Origin: Bacteroidales bacterium
GTDB taxonomy: Bacteria; Bacteroidota; Bacteroidia; Bacteroidales; UBA7960
DNA: 64,000 bases
Direction of reading: 5' to 3'
NCBI GenBank assembly: GCA_046291875.1
Contig: JBKBSF010000003.1
Location: forward strand, 13,025 to 77,024
Each line of letters begins with the position of its first letter. Position 1 is the first letter of the stretch. Below are positions 30,113 to 39,997 of this stretch, one piece after another. Under the pieces are notes generated by a model. That model worked only from the letters and a program-made list of their open reading frames with translations. It was not told where the DNA came from and did not search any database. The translations under genes were made by a program, and so were the position numbers.

Positions 30113-31539
30113 TGACAATTACCACCAATATCAAAGCCATACGCGACATCATGCGCAAGGATACCGGCGTGGATGGCGATGCGCAGCGCATCTCACAAAT
30201 GGTGTGGATGCTTTTTATGAAAATTTTTGCTGATAAGGAAGAAGAATGGGAACTGGTGCTCGACCACTACGAAAGCCCCATCCCCGAAAAACTCAAATGG
30301 CAGAACTGGGCATCCGACGATGAAGGCCTCACCGGCGACCAGCTGATGGACTTTATCAACAACGAACTTTTTCCCACCCTCAAGGAGCTGGACATCACCC
30401 ACAGCCCCCAGGCAAAGATCATCCGGGCTGTGTTTGAAGATACCTACAACTACATGAAGAACGGTACCCTCTTCCGCCAGGTGATCAATGAGATTGACAA
30501 GGTGGACTTCAACAACCAGAAGGAGCGGCACCTGTTCAACGACATCTACGAAACCATTCTCAAGGAACTGCAAAGCGCCGGAAGTGCCGGTGAATACTAT
30601 ACGCCCCGTGCCGTCACCCAGTTTATGGTGGATATCATCAACCCGCAGCTGGGCGAAACCATCCTGGACCCCGCCTGCGGCACCGGCGGATTTCTCACCT
30701 GCAGCATTGAGCATGTGCGGCAGCAGGTGAAAACAGCACAGGAGCGCGACATCCTGCAAAACTCCATCCGCGGCATTGAGAAAAAGCCCCTGCCGCACCT
30801 GCTTTGCACCACCAACCTGATGCTTCACGGATTTGACCTGCCCGCCGTGCGACGCGATAATTACCTGAATAAACCCTATGCCGACTGGGGCAAAAAGGAC
30901 CATGTGGATATCATCCTTACCAATCCACCCTTTGGCGGAGTAGAAGAAGACGGCACCGAAACCAACTTCCCCGCAAAATTCCGCACCAAGGAAACCGCCG
31001 ACCTGTTCCTGGCCCTCATCATGAAACTGCTCAAGGATGGTGGACGTGCGGCCGTGGTACTGCCCGACGGCACGTTGTTTGGCGAAGGCGTGAAAACCCG
31101 CATCAAGCAGGAACTGCTGGAGCGCTGCAACCTGCACACCATCGTGCGCCTGCCCAACGGCGTGTTCAACCCCTATACCGGCATTAAAACCAATTTGCTG
31201 TTTTTTGAAAAAGGGACACCCACCAAAGAGATATGGTACTATGAACACCCATACCCCGACGGAGTAAAAAGCTACAACAAGGGCAAGCCCATCCATATCA
31301 AAGAATTTGATGCCGAAAAAGCCTGGTGGAACCAACGCGAAGAAAACCCATACGCCTGGAAAGTACCCGTGGAAGAGATCGTAAGCCGTGGCTACAACCT
31401 CGACATCAAAAACCCCCATCGCGAAGAAGACAACCTGGCCAGCCCCGAAGAGATCCTGCAGCACTACCGCCACACCGAAAGCCGCATCCGCAGCATACAG
31501 GACGAAATTGTAAACGTACTCACCCAAGCCCTTAAGTAA
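30112..31539 (+). CDS. hsdM: Type I R-M methyltransferase subunit (N6-adenine)
   Basis: GEYYTPR, DPACGTGGF and NPPF motifs. Confidence 0.96.
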   Translation: MTITTNIKAIRDIMRKDTGVDGDAQRISQMVWMLFMKIFADKEEEWELVLDHYESPIPEKLKWQNWASDDEGLTGDQLMDFINNELFPTLKELDITHSPQAKIIRAVFEDTYNYMKNGTLFRQVINEIDKVDFNNQKERHLFNDIYETILKELQSAGSAGEYYTPRAVTQFMVDIINPQLGETILDPACGTGGFLTCSIEHVRQQVKTAQERDILQNSIRGIEKKPLPHLLCTTNLMLHGFDLPAVRRDNYLNKPYADWGKKDHVDIILTNPPFGGVEEDGTETNFPAKFRTKETADLFLALIMKLLKDGGRAAVVLPDGTLFGEGVKTRIKQELLERCNLHTIVRLPNGVFNPYTGIKTNLLFFEKGTPTKEIWYYEHPYPDGVKSYNKGKPIHIKEFDAEKAWWNQREENPYAWKVPVEEIVSRGYNLDIKNPHREEDNLASPEEILQHYRHTESRIRSIQDEIVNVLTQALK

Positions 31540-31540
31540 G

Positions 31541-33211
31541 ATGAAGTTACTGGAACTATTTAAGGAGCTGAGCCTGCACCCCAAAAACGCCGCCGAACTC
31601 AAAGCGCTGATCCTGCAACTGGCCGTTCAGGGCAAACTCACCGCTAAATGGCGTGAAGAAAATCCCGATGTGGAACCGGCTTCGGAGTTGTTGGGGAGGA
31701 TTGGAATGGAAAGAAAAGCTTTGATAAAAGAAGGTTTATTGAGGAATGGAAACAGACAATCAAGTGTAACTGAGAAGGAAAAAACTTTCATAATCCCTTC
31801 AAGTTGGATTTGGTGTAGGTTTGGTGAAGTGATTTCTTTGGAAATGGGGCAAAGCCCCGTAGGTACATCATATAATGATAAAGGTACAGGAGTTCCCTTA
31901 ATTAATGGCCCTGTTGAGTTCGGACCTAAACCCTTTGATGAAACCCGGTTGCTAAAATTTACAACAAAACCAACTAAAATGTGCTCAAAGGGAGATTTGC
32001 TTGTTTGTGTTAGAGGAGCAACAACTGGCAGAACTAATATCGCTGGCTTTGATGCATGTATTGGCAGAGGTGTGGCTGCAATCAAACCTTTTTTTGACAA
32101 GCAATACTTGAATTACTTTATGCTAAAATCACGTTACGAATTCTTGGCGAAGGGTACTGGTACAACCTTTCCAAGTATAAGCCGTGATGAAATTTTAAAT
32201 TTTGTTTTTGCTCTTCCCCCACTCAAGGAACAACACGCCATCGTCACCACCGTCAATCAACTCTATGCCGAGGTGGAGCAGTTGGAGCAACTGACCCAAG
32301 ATCGCATACAACTTAAACATGATTTTGCCACATCGGCCCTGCAGCGGCTGGTGCAGGCAGATAATATCAACGGCGAGTGGGCACCGGTGCATCAGCACTT
32401 CCACACCTTTTTCAACGAAAAACCCAATGTAAAAAAACTGCGCGAAACCATCCTGCAACTGGCCGTGCAAGGCAAACTCACCACCCACTGGCGCAAAGAA
32501 AACCCCGGCGTGGAACCCGCCACCGAACTGCTCAAACGCATCACCACCGAAAAACAACAACTCATCAAATCCGGCAAAATCAAAAAAGAAAAACCACTGC
32601 CGCCCATTAAGGATGATGAGATACCCTTTGAACTGCCGGAGGGGTGGGTGTGGTGTAGGTTGGGAGATGCAGTATCTTATGGCACAAATGATAAAGTTGA
32701 GGCAAAGCACGTTCAAAATGATACTTGGGTTTTGGAATTAGAAGATGTTGAAAAAACAACATCAAAACTTTTACAAAAGGTTAGATTTAGTGAAAGAAGG
32801 TTTAAAAGCACCAAATCAGTTTTTCAAACAGGTGATGTTATTTATGGAAAGCTGAGACCTTATTTGGACAAAGTTTTAATTGCAGACGAAGATGGTGTTT
32901 GCACAACTGAAATGATACCGATTAGCAGCTTTGCAGGTTGTTTGCCTGGTTATTTAAGGTGGTATCTAAAATCACCTGAGTTTATCTTTTATGCAAACAA
33001 TTCAACTCATGGCATGAACCTACCCAGATTAGGAACAGAAAAAGCATTGTTAGCAGTGTACGCGCTTCCCCCACTCCAGGAGCAACACGCCATCGTCTCC
33101 ACCGTCAATACCCTGATGGGTTTATGCGATGCGCTGGAGCAGGAGCTCGGGCAGCAGGAAAGCCGGGTGGAGGAGTTGATGAGGAGTTGTGTGAGGGAGG
33201 TGGTGGGGTAA
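31541..33211 (+). CDS. hsdS: Type I R-M specificity subunit
   Basis: Two TRDs bounded by repeated ILQLAVQGKL, W.WCR.G and LPPL.EQ.AIV conserved regions. Confidence 0.95.
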   Translation: MKLLELFKELSLHPKNAAELKALILQLAVQGKLTAKWREENPDVEPASELLGRIGMERKALIKEGLLRNGNRQSSVTEKEKTFIIPSSWIWCRFGEVISLEMGQSPVGTSYNDKGTGVPLINGPVEFGPKPFDETRLLKFTTKPTKMCSKGDLLVCVRGATTGRTNIAGFDACIGRGVAAIKPFFDKQYLNYFMLKSRYEFLAKGTGTTFPSISRDEILNFVFALPPLKEQHAIVTTVNQLYAEVEQLEQLTQDRIQLKHDFATSALQRLVQADNINGEWAPVHQHFHTFFNEKPNVKKLRETILQLAVQGKLTTHWRKENPGVEPATELLKRITTEKQQLIKSGKIKKEKPLPPIKDDEIPFELPEGWVWCRLGDAVSYGTNDKVEAKHVQNDTWVLELEDVEKTTSKLLQKVRFSERRFKSTKSVFQTGDVIYGKLRPYLDKVLIADEDGVCTTEMIPISSFAGCLPGYLRWYLKSPEFIFYANNSTHGMNLPRLGTEKALLAVYALPPLQEQHAIVSTVNTLMGLCDALEQELGQQESRVEELMRSCVREVVG

Positions 33212-33461
33212 GATGAAAGGGATTGGGGTTCCTGAATAAGCCATTCAGTTTGTAAAAAATATTTTTTTGTCCTAAACAGATGGTGTTATGTCTTTTTTAT
33301 ATATTTGAAAAATCATTGGGTGTTAATCTATTTTATCGTATAGTATGACTAGGCTAACCAGTATCCTTTTAAATTGAAATGGGTGGGTATGAGTTTTCCA
33401 TTTCAATATAAGGTGCAACCAAGAAAAAATTATGAACTATTAAATACATAACGAATGTGAT

Positions 33462-35381
33462 ATGTATATCCACAGATTAAGAATTTGGAACTTTAGAAAG
33501 GTTGGAACCTTTGATAATAGTCTGGCTGTTAATACTGACAAGCCTGGTGTAGATATATATTTCAAAAAGGGTTTAAATGTGCTGATAGGGGAAAACGATT
33601 CAGGGAAAACAGCAGTGGTAGATGCCATAAGGTTTGTTTTAGGCACAAGAACCTTTGAAAACCAAAGAATTGGGTTAGATGATTTTCATTATTATGATGA
33701 CAAACAGGCTACGGAGTTAAGAATTGAATGTACTTTCAGGGGTTTAAATTTATTTCAGGCCGGCCAACTCATGGAATGGGCGTATCTGCAAGATGAAAAA
33801 TGTGCTTACGAATTAAGAGTATGGCTTACAGCCTTAAGAAAAGATAACAAAGTAGTCCAGAACATAAAAGCCGGTGTTGATGATGAAGGCAGTTTTATGG
33901 AGGGAAACGCCCGGGATTTATTAAGGGTAACCTACCTGAAACCGTTACGCGATGCAAGCACAGAGTTATCGCCCGGCTATCGCTCACGTTTGGCGCAAAT
34001 ACTTTTATCAAACAAAGTTTTTGACAAAGAAATAGATGATGATGGCAAAGAAAAGCCACATCCTTTAGAAGTTCTAGTAGGTGATGCAAATGAAGATGTC
34101 AAAGGGTTTTTCTCAAAAAAAAGTAATGAAGAGTCACTTGGAGGGAAAGAAATCCTGGATGTGCTTTCCAGACATTTATCTCAATTCCTTCATATTAAAG
34201 ACCAACGGACTCCATATTTTGATATCTCCGGCTCTAAACTACCCAGTATCCTAAGAAAATTAGGATTGTTACTCGAAGATCGTGAATCTGGCCTGGGTAC
34301 ACTGAATAAGCTTTTTATGGCTGCAGAATTACTGCAACTTGAAACTGAAAATGGTTTAAAACTGGCACTCATTGAAGAACTTGAGGCCCATCTTCACCCC
34401 CAGGCGCAATTACGAGTGATCAAATCTTTGGAAGAACTTGGACATGAAACACAGTTTATTTTAACAACACATAGTACAACTCTGGGCTCCAGTATTCCAT
34501 TGGAAAATCTGACTCTTTGTTATGGAGATACGCAAACACAGTTATTTTCTCTTAATAAAGGCATGACAAGCTTGGAAGCAGATGATTATCATTTTCTTTC
34601 AAGGTTTCTGGATGCAACCAAAGCCAACCTTTTCTTCGCAAGAGGAGTAATTTTTGTTGAGGGCGATGCAGAGAATATTCTGCTACCCGCTATTGCCGAA
34701 TTGATTGACAGGCCATTGCACAGATATGGCGTTTCCATAGTTAATGTTCAAAGTAAAGCATTTTTGCGATATGTAAAAGTTTTCAGAAGAGCCGATAGCT
34801 CAGGTACCTTGCCCATTAAAGTAGCGGTTATCACTGATCTTGATATAGAGCAGGAAAAAGATGAAAGTGGCAACATTATTTCCAAAAAACGAAATGACGA
34901 AATTCCGGATATTGCTGAAGAAAGAGAAAAGCTTGTCAACGAGTTTAACAACGAAGATGGGCATATCAAGGTTTTTCCTTCACCATTATGGACATTAGAG
35001 TATGATTTGGCAAATTCTGAATTGGCGAAATATCTAAATCAGTCAACTTTAATTGCCCAGCTTCTTAAATCGAGATCAAAGAATAAAGATTTTCAATGGA
35101 TTTCAGATGAAGAAAAAACGAAAAGAATAGAAAAAGCTGATAAGTTAATGAGTGAGACCTGGAAAAGTCTTAACCAGCCACAAATTGCCTTTAAAATATA
35201 TAGCAGATTAAAGGAGAATAAAGCATCCAAAACGGTTAATGCTCAATGGCTTGCCAGCTTACTGCTGGAAAATGAAGCAGAAACCAGGGCGCTAATCCTT
35301 GACGCACCTGTAGTTAAATACATCCGTGATGCAATTTATCATGTTACAGAGCCATATATCGCAGAAGATGGAGATAACTGA
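33462..35381 (+). CDS. OLD-family ATPase-TOPRIM nuclease (Gabija GajA-like)
   Basis: GENDSGKT, LIEELEAHLHP, TTHS, FFARGVIFVEG..E and TDLD motifs; overlaps the downstream UvrD gene. Confidence 0.9.
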   Translation: MYIHRLRIWNFRKVGTFDNSLAVNTDKPGVDIYFKKGLNVLIGENDSGKTAVVDAIRFVLGTRTFENQRIGLDDFHYYDDKQATELRIECTFRGLNLFQAGQLMEWAYLQDEKCAYELRVWLTALRKDNKVVQNIKAGVDDEGSFMEGNARDLLRVTYLKPLRDASTELSPGYRSRLAQILLSNKVFDKEIDDDGKEKPHPLEVLVGDANEDVKGFFSKKSNEESLGGKEILDVLSRHLSQFLHIKDQRTPYFDISGSKLPSILRKLGLLLEDRESGLGTLNKLFMAAELLQLETENGLKLALIEELEAHLHPQAQLRVIKSLEELGHETQFILTTHSTTLGSSIPLENLTLCYGDTQTQLFSLNKGMTSLEADDYHFLSRFLDATKANLFFARGVIFVEGDAENILLPAIAELIDRPLHRYGVSIVNVQSKAFLRYVKVFRRADSSGTLPIKVAVITDLDIEQEKDESGNIISKKRNDEIPDIAEEREKLVNEFNNEDGHIKVFPSPLWTLEYDLANSELAKYLNQSTLIAQLLKSRSKNKDFQWISDEEKTKRIEKADKLMSETWKSLNQPQIAFKIYSRLKENKASKTVNAQWLASLLLENEAETRALILDAPVVKYIRDAIYHVTEPYIAEDGDN

Positions 35382-37347
35382 TAGAGACATAGAACGAGTT
35401 GGCCAACTCCTTTTCAATGATAGAACTGCATTCAAGGACGAAAAGGGAGAACGATATGAATTTATAAAATGCATTGATCGCTCTGTAGATGTTCATGCCT
35501 GTCCTGGAAGTGGTAAAACCACAAGCCTGATCGCTAAGATGTATTTACTTTCTGAAAAAATGCCTTTCCTCGATGGGCGAGGCATTTGCGTATTAACACA
35601 TACCAACGTTGCAATTGATACCATAAAAAAGAAATTGGGTGGTCTTGGCGACAAACTCTTTCGCCACCCCAATTTTTTCGGAACCTTCCAATCTTTTGTG
35701 GATCGGTTTCTGGCTATTCCATGCTATGCATACATTGCAGGTTACAGACCCAAAATGATTGATACAGAAATGCAAAGAAGGAAAATGGAAACAACTTATT
35801 GGTTGAAAGGTATAGAAAGACATACTCTAAACCAGTTGAGGTTTTACGACAAAGCGAATTTACAATACCCATTCTTTGGCCATTACTCATTTATTGAAGA
35901 AAATGATGAGGAATATCTAATTCGTTCGAAATCAGGAAAAAGACTCAACCTTGTAAAACCTAAAGCAAAGAAAGATTGGACTGAAATAGAAAAGAAGGCG
36001 ATTATTGCCGCAGCAATTGGCCTAAAAGTAAAAGTACTTTTTGATGACAGGGTTTTAAGTTTTGATGATGCATATAATTTTGGTTTCATTGAAATAGATG
36101 AAAACCCCATAATAAAGCATGTCTTTAGCAAAAGATTTCGGTTCGTTTTTATTGACGAAATGCAAGACACATATTTTCATCAATCGAAAGTCATTGATAA
36201 GCTGTTTAGTGAGGATGTAATTATTCAACGTATAGGAGATTTAAATCAATCTATATTGGGCGACAATGAATCAGAAACCAACTGGCAAAAAGAAGAAGAT
36301 TATTTGGAAATTTCCGGCTCAAGAAGGTTTTCACAGCCAATAGCCAATATTCTGAGATCTGTGGCATTTGAACCGCAAAGCAATCTGACAGGCAAGAATT
36401 CTTCAGATGCTCCACCCCCATATATAATACCCTATGATGAAGGCAATGAAAATTTGGTATTAGATGATTTTGCAAAATTAATCAGAGATAATAATCTGGA
36501 TACCAAGGCCATTGAAACCGGAAATCCAAATAAGGCAGTAGGTTGGATAGGAAAAGAAAAGGAAGGCCTGACTATCGGAAGTTATTTTGATGGTTACAGT
36601 AAAAAAATGTCTGATCCCCGTAACTTCCCTAATTTTATTACCATTTTGGCTTGCTCAATTGATATTTCACCCAAAGAATTCAGAAACAGATTGTTAACCG
36701 CCATATTGGACATTTTGCATATTGAAGGGATTAGACAACCCAAAGTAAACAGACATTTCACCAAATCCTCATTCTTTGAATTTTTAGACACTCAGTTCCC
36801 ACACCTGAAAACAAAATTTGAAACCAGAATGGCGTGGTTTCACATGATGGTTAGCAAAAAACCAGAAAAGCTTGAACAAATCCATCAGAAGGTCTGCAAA
36901 TTTTTAAGTGGATTTATTAATGAAGTATTTAACACTGAGCTAAAAAAAGACGGCAAAAGATTTCTTGAAGATAACGAAGTTGAAAATGTTGAACTAATAC
37001 CGGGTACCACTCCTAATGTGTTTTACTCAGAAAACCCTGAATTGAAACACATTCCCATTCATGTTGGAACTGTCCATTCAGTTAAGGGCGAAACCCACAC
37101 AGCAACGTTATACCTGGAGACTTATTATCATGGAAAAATCTGTGGAGAGCAACTAATTGATCAGTTAAAGGGAGTTCCTTTTGTTAATAATGGAAAACAG
37201 AAAAGAAAATCCCAATGCATTAAAGTTGCTCATGTGGGTTTGTCACGGCCTACAGATTTGCTTTGTTTTGCTATGAATAAAAAACTGGTTGATGAGCATC
37301 AAGAAAGTTTGAGGGCAAATGGGTGGGAAATCTTTGAAGGGGTTTAG
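35368..37347 (+). CDS. UvrD-like helicase (Gabija GajB-like)
   Basis: ACPGSGKT, LTHTN, IDEMQD, GDLNQSI, TVHSVKGE and VGLSRP motifs. Confidence 0.9.
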   Translation: MEITDRDIERVGQLLFNDRTAFKDEKGERYEFIKCIDRSVDVHACPGSGKTTSLIAKMYLLSEKMPFLDGRGICVLTHTNVAIDTIKKKLGGLGDKLFRHPNFFGTFQSFVDRFLAIPCYAYIAGYRPKMIDTEMQRRKMETTYWLKGIERHTLNQLRFYDKANLQYPFFGHYSFIEENDEEYLIRSKSGKRLNLVKPKAKKDWTEIEKKAIIAAAIGLKVKVLFDDRVLSFDDAYNFGFIEIDENPIIKHVFSKRFRFVFIDEMQDTYFHQSKVIDKLFSEDVIIQRIGDLNQSILGDNESETNWQKEEDYLEISGSRRFSQPIANILRSVAFEPQSNLTGKNSSDAPPPYIIPYDEGNENLVLDDFAKLIRDNNLDTKAIETGNPNKAVGWIGKEKEGLTIGSYFDGYSKKMSDPRNFPNFITILACSIDISPKEFRNRLLTAILDILHIEGIRQPKVNRHFTKSSFFEFLDTQFPHLKTKFETRMAWFHMMVSKKPEKLEQIHQKVCKFLSGFINEVFNTELKKDGKRFLEDNEVENVELIPGTTPNVFYSENPELKHIPIHVGTVHSVKGETHTATLYLETYYHGKICGEQLIDQLKGVPFVNNGKQKRKSQCIKVAHVGLSRPTDLLCFAMNKKLVDEHQESLRANGWEIFEGV

Positions 37348-37906
37348 TTTAATTTAAAGAATAGTGTTTCAATATAGGTATCCTTGAAATTGCAAATTTA
37401 ATGCTAATTAAAAAGTTACCTCACAACATAGCTCCTTTGCAATTATTAACAGCCAACCCTAGTCCAAAAACAGGAAAAGAGCTCGCCTTTTTGGCAGCAA
37501 TAACTTTGCCGGCATAAAAACTAAAACGGCAATGAACAAATTTGAAATATATTTCAATCCGCTAACAAACAGGAAGAACGCCTAGTTGATAATAGCGTGT
37601 GCGGTGAATTTTCCGGATTGTGCAGTTTTCAAGAGCAGCGAGATTGTAAAAAGTTGAAGTATTATGTTAGTTTCGCACTTCGAATTGCCAAATGGCGGCA
37701 TACTTTTAACCGATGTTCAAAAGAGGTGATATTGCTAAAGGCTTAAAGTAGAATGGTTGACTTTGGCTTTTTTAAAAGTTGTGTAGTAAAAATTAAGGCC
37801 AGAAAATATTGATTATTTTTGTTGAATATTCACGAATGCCGGCAATTGCCTGACAAGGCAATCCGTTTCCGAGATAAAAGACGGGAATCCGCCCCTAAAA
37901 CTCATT

Positions 37907-39040
37907 ATGCCTGCTGCTGTTACCATAGAACCCAAAATGCTCACCTGGGCCATTACCCGGGCCGGTCGTGATGTGGAAAGTTTCATTGCCGAAGAACCCA
38001 GGGTTCAGCATTGGCTCGACGGAAGCAAACAGCCCACACTGCGCCAGCTGGAAGAGTTCTCCAAAAAAGTACATGTACCTTTTGGGTACTTGTTTCTTGA
38101 TTCTCCGCCAAAGGAGAGCTTACTCATTCCCTTTTTTAGGAGTGAAACGGGAAGGGTGAAAAATGTCCACATCAACGTATACGACACCATACTCCTGATG
38201 CAAAACCGCCAGACCTGGCTGAAGGAGTATCTGGCTGAAAATGATTTTCCAAATCTGCCATTTGTAGGACGCTTCCGCAGCAACAATAATATAGAAGATG
38301 TAGCTGCTGACATAAGGCAGGTTTTGGGTCTTACTGGCGAGTGGGCCTCTGCCATGCCCAACTGGGAGAAAGCCCTGAGTCACCTGGCTGAAAAAATTGA
38401 AGAACAGGGTATTGTCATAGTATTCAATGGAGTTGTTGAAAACAACAACTATCGGAAAATTCCTGTTTCCGATTGCAGGGGATTTGTAATGGTTGATCCT
38501 CTGGCCCCTTTTATGTTTATCAACAACGCAGATGCAAAGGCTGCACAAATGTTTACCATTGCGCATGAACTGGCTCATATCTGGATAGGGCAAAGTGCAG
38601 GCTTTGATTTTCGGAATATGCAGGCTGCACCGGATCCAATTGAACAGTTTTGCGACAAGGTAGCCGCTGAATTGCTGGTCCCGGAAAGCCACTTCACCAG
38701 AGTATGGCAACAAACCCCCGATATCAGCAAATGCTCCCGTCATTTCAAAGTCAGTGAAATTGTGATTGCACGAAGGGCTCTGGATACCGGAAAGTTAACC
38801 AGAGATGAATTCTTTGATTTTTACAGGAATTATATGGCTAGGTGGCAGAGCAGTAAAGGAAACCGCCCCTCTGGAGGAGACTTCTATGTCAATACGCGAA
38901 AAAGGCTGAGTATGCCTTTTGCAGCGCATGTGAATAATGCACTGAAATCCGGTCAGCTCTTGCATCGTGATGCCTATAAACTTACAGGTCTTAAAGGGGA
39001 TACTTTTCAAACTTTTTTTGAAAACCAATTTGTCCGCTGA
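37907..39040 (+). CDS. XRE-HTH + ImmA/IrrE (peptidase M78) protein
   Basis: N-terminal QPTLRQLEEFS HTH; FTIAHELAH zinc motif; EQFCDKVAAELL. Confidence 0.9.
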   Translation: MPAAVTIEPKMLTWAITRAGRDVESFIAEEPRVQHWLDGSKQPTLRQLEEFSKKVHVPFGYLFLDSPPKESLLIPFFRSETGRVKNVHINVYDTILLMQNRQTWLKEYLAENDFPNLPFVGRFRSNNNIEDVAADIRQVLGLTGEWASAMPNWEKALSHLAEKIEEQGIVIVFNGVVENNNYRKIPVSDCRGFVMVDPLAPFMFINNADAKAAQMFTIAHELAHIWIGQSAGFDFRNMQAAPDPIEQFCDKVAAELLVPESHFTRVWQQTPDISKCSRHFKVSEIVIARRALDTGKLTRDEFFDFYRNYMARWQSSKGNRPSGGDFYVNTRKRLSMPFAAHVNNALKSGQLLHRDAYKLTGLKGDTFQTFFENQFVR

Positions 39041-39540
39041 TGGTAATTTATGTTCTGGATAGCAACTTCTATATACAAGCCCATCGGGTAACATACCCGT
39101 TGGATGTTGCCGAAAGCTTCTGGAACAAAGTAAAGCAACTGGCGTGGGAGCAGAAAATCGTGAGCATTGATAAGGTTAAGGATGAAATCTACCATGGCAA
39201 TGACGCTTTGAAGGATTGGTGTACGGAACATCTGCCCGTGGATTTTTTTCGTAACACCATAGAAGTCATGGATGCTTATGCAAGGGTATGTGCCTGGGCT
39301 GCGTCTATGAGCCATCATTACACCCAGGCGGCACTAAATGAATTTCTAAATGCTGAAGAGGCAGATGCATTTCTGGTGGCATTTGCCCTTAAACAGCCCG
39401 ATACCAGAATTCTGGTAACACAGGAAATAAGTCAACCGGAACGAAAAAGTAAGATAAAGATTCCCGATGCATGTATTGGTCTCAACCTACGGTATGTTGA
39501 TACCATTACAATGTTCAGAGAACTGGGGGAGAGGTTTTAA
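39040..39540 (+). CDS. DUF4411-family PIN-domain protein
   Basis: YVLDSNFYI, ADAFLVA, VTQE and KIPDAC motifs; TGA/ATG overlap with the upstream gene. Confidence 0.88.
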   Translation: MVIYVLDSNFYIQAHRVTYPLDVAESFWNKVKQLAWEQKIVSIDKVKDEIYHGNDALKDWCTEHLPVDFFRNTIEVMDAYARVCAWAASMSHHYTQAALNEFLNAEEADAFLVAFALKQPDTRILVTQEISQPERKSKIKIPDACIGLNLRYVDTITMFRELGERF

Positions 39541-39667
39541 TGATAGCGCATATATCAAATACTCCGTAAATCAAAACAACCTCACACATGGAAGTTTACC
39601 GCAATTTTGTCCAAATCACGGAAGTTGCCGTACATTCTCTGGTCTCTCCAACCTTCTTCAACAGAAT

Positions 39668-39707
39668 AAAAAAACAAAGCCCGTCATCCTTTCGGCTGAC
39701 GGGCTTG
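39668..39707 (-). terminator. Intrinsic terminator downstream of the tRNA
   Basis: AAGCCCGTCA...TGACGGGCTT stem followed by a T-run on the minus strand. Confidence 0.8.
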
Positions 39708-39713
39708 TTGTAG

Positions 39714-39785
<72 letters not shown>

Positions 39786-39865
39786 ATGTATCTTGAAAGC
39801 GTATTGCTTATTTTTCTTTGTAAGAACTCACAATCTTCAGGGGGTTCCTCCCTCAATTGCAGGTG

Positions 39866-39932
39866 CAAAGTTACACCTTTTTTCTTTACACACAAACATT
39901 GCCCGGAATTTTTAATAAAAATCGTAATTTTG
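39866..39932. promoter_or_regulatory. Divergent Bacteroidota -7 promoter motifs for the tRNA (-) and era (+)
   Basis: TAACTTTG on the minus strand (39866-39873) and TAATTTTG on the plus strand (39925-39932). Confidence 0.6.
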
Positions 39933-39997
39933 CAGTCCTTCTTTTCTCAGAAGCTTCTTTTTCAGCATTTTTGCTTACTTCAAAAAATACTATTATC

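Noticed and set aside
26604-31602. Long antisense ORFs (568 aa and 469 aa) opposite hsdR and hsdM, and similar shadow ORFs elsewhere
   Set aside because: They overlap well-supported genes, have no motifs, and are explained by codon bias.
33290-33330. Third attI-like leader before the OLD nuclease gene (TATATTTG...GTT)
   Set aside because: No similarity to the 123-bp leader beyond the -7 motif, different spacing, and no complementary AAC core found after the genes.
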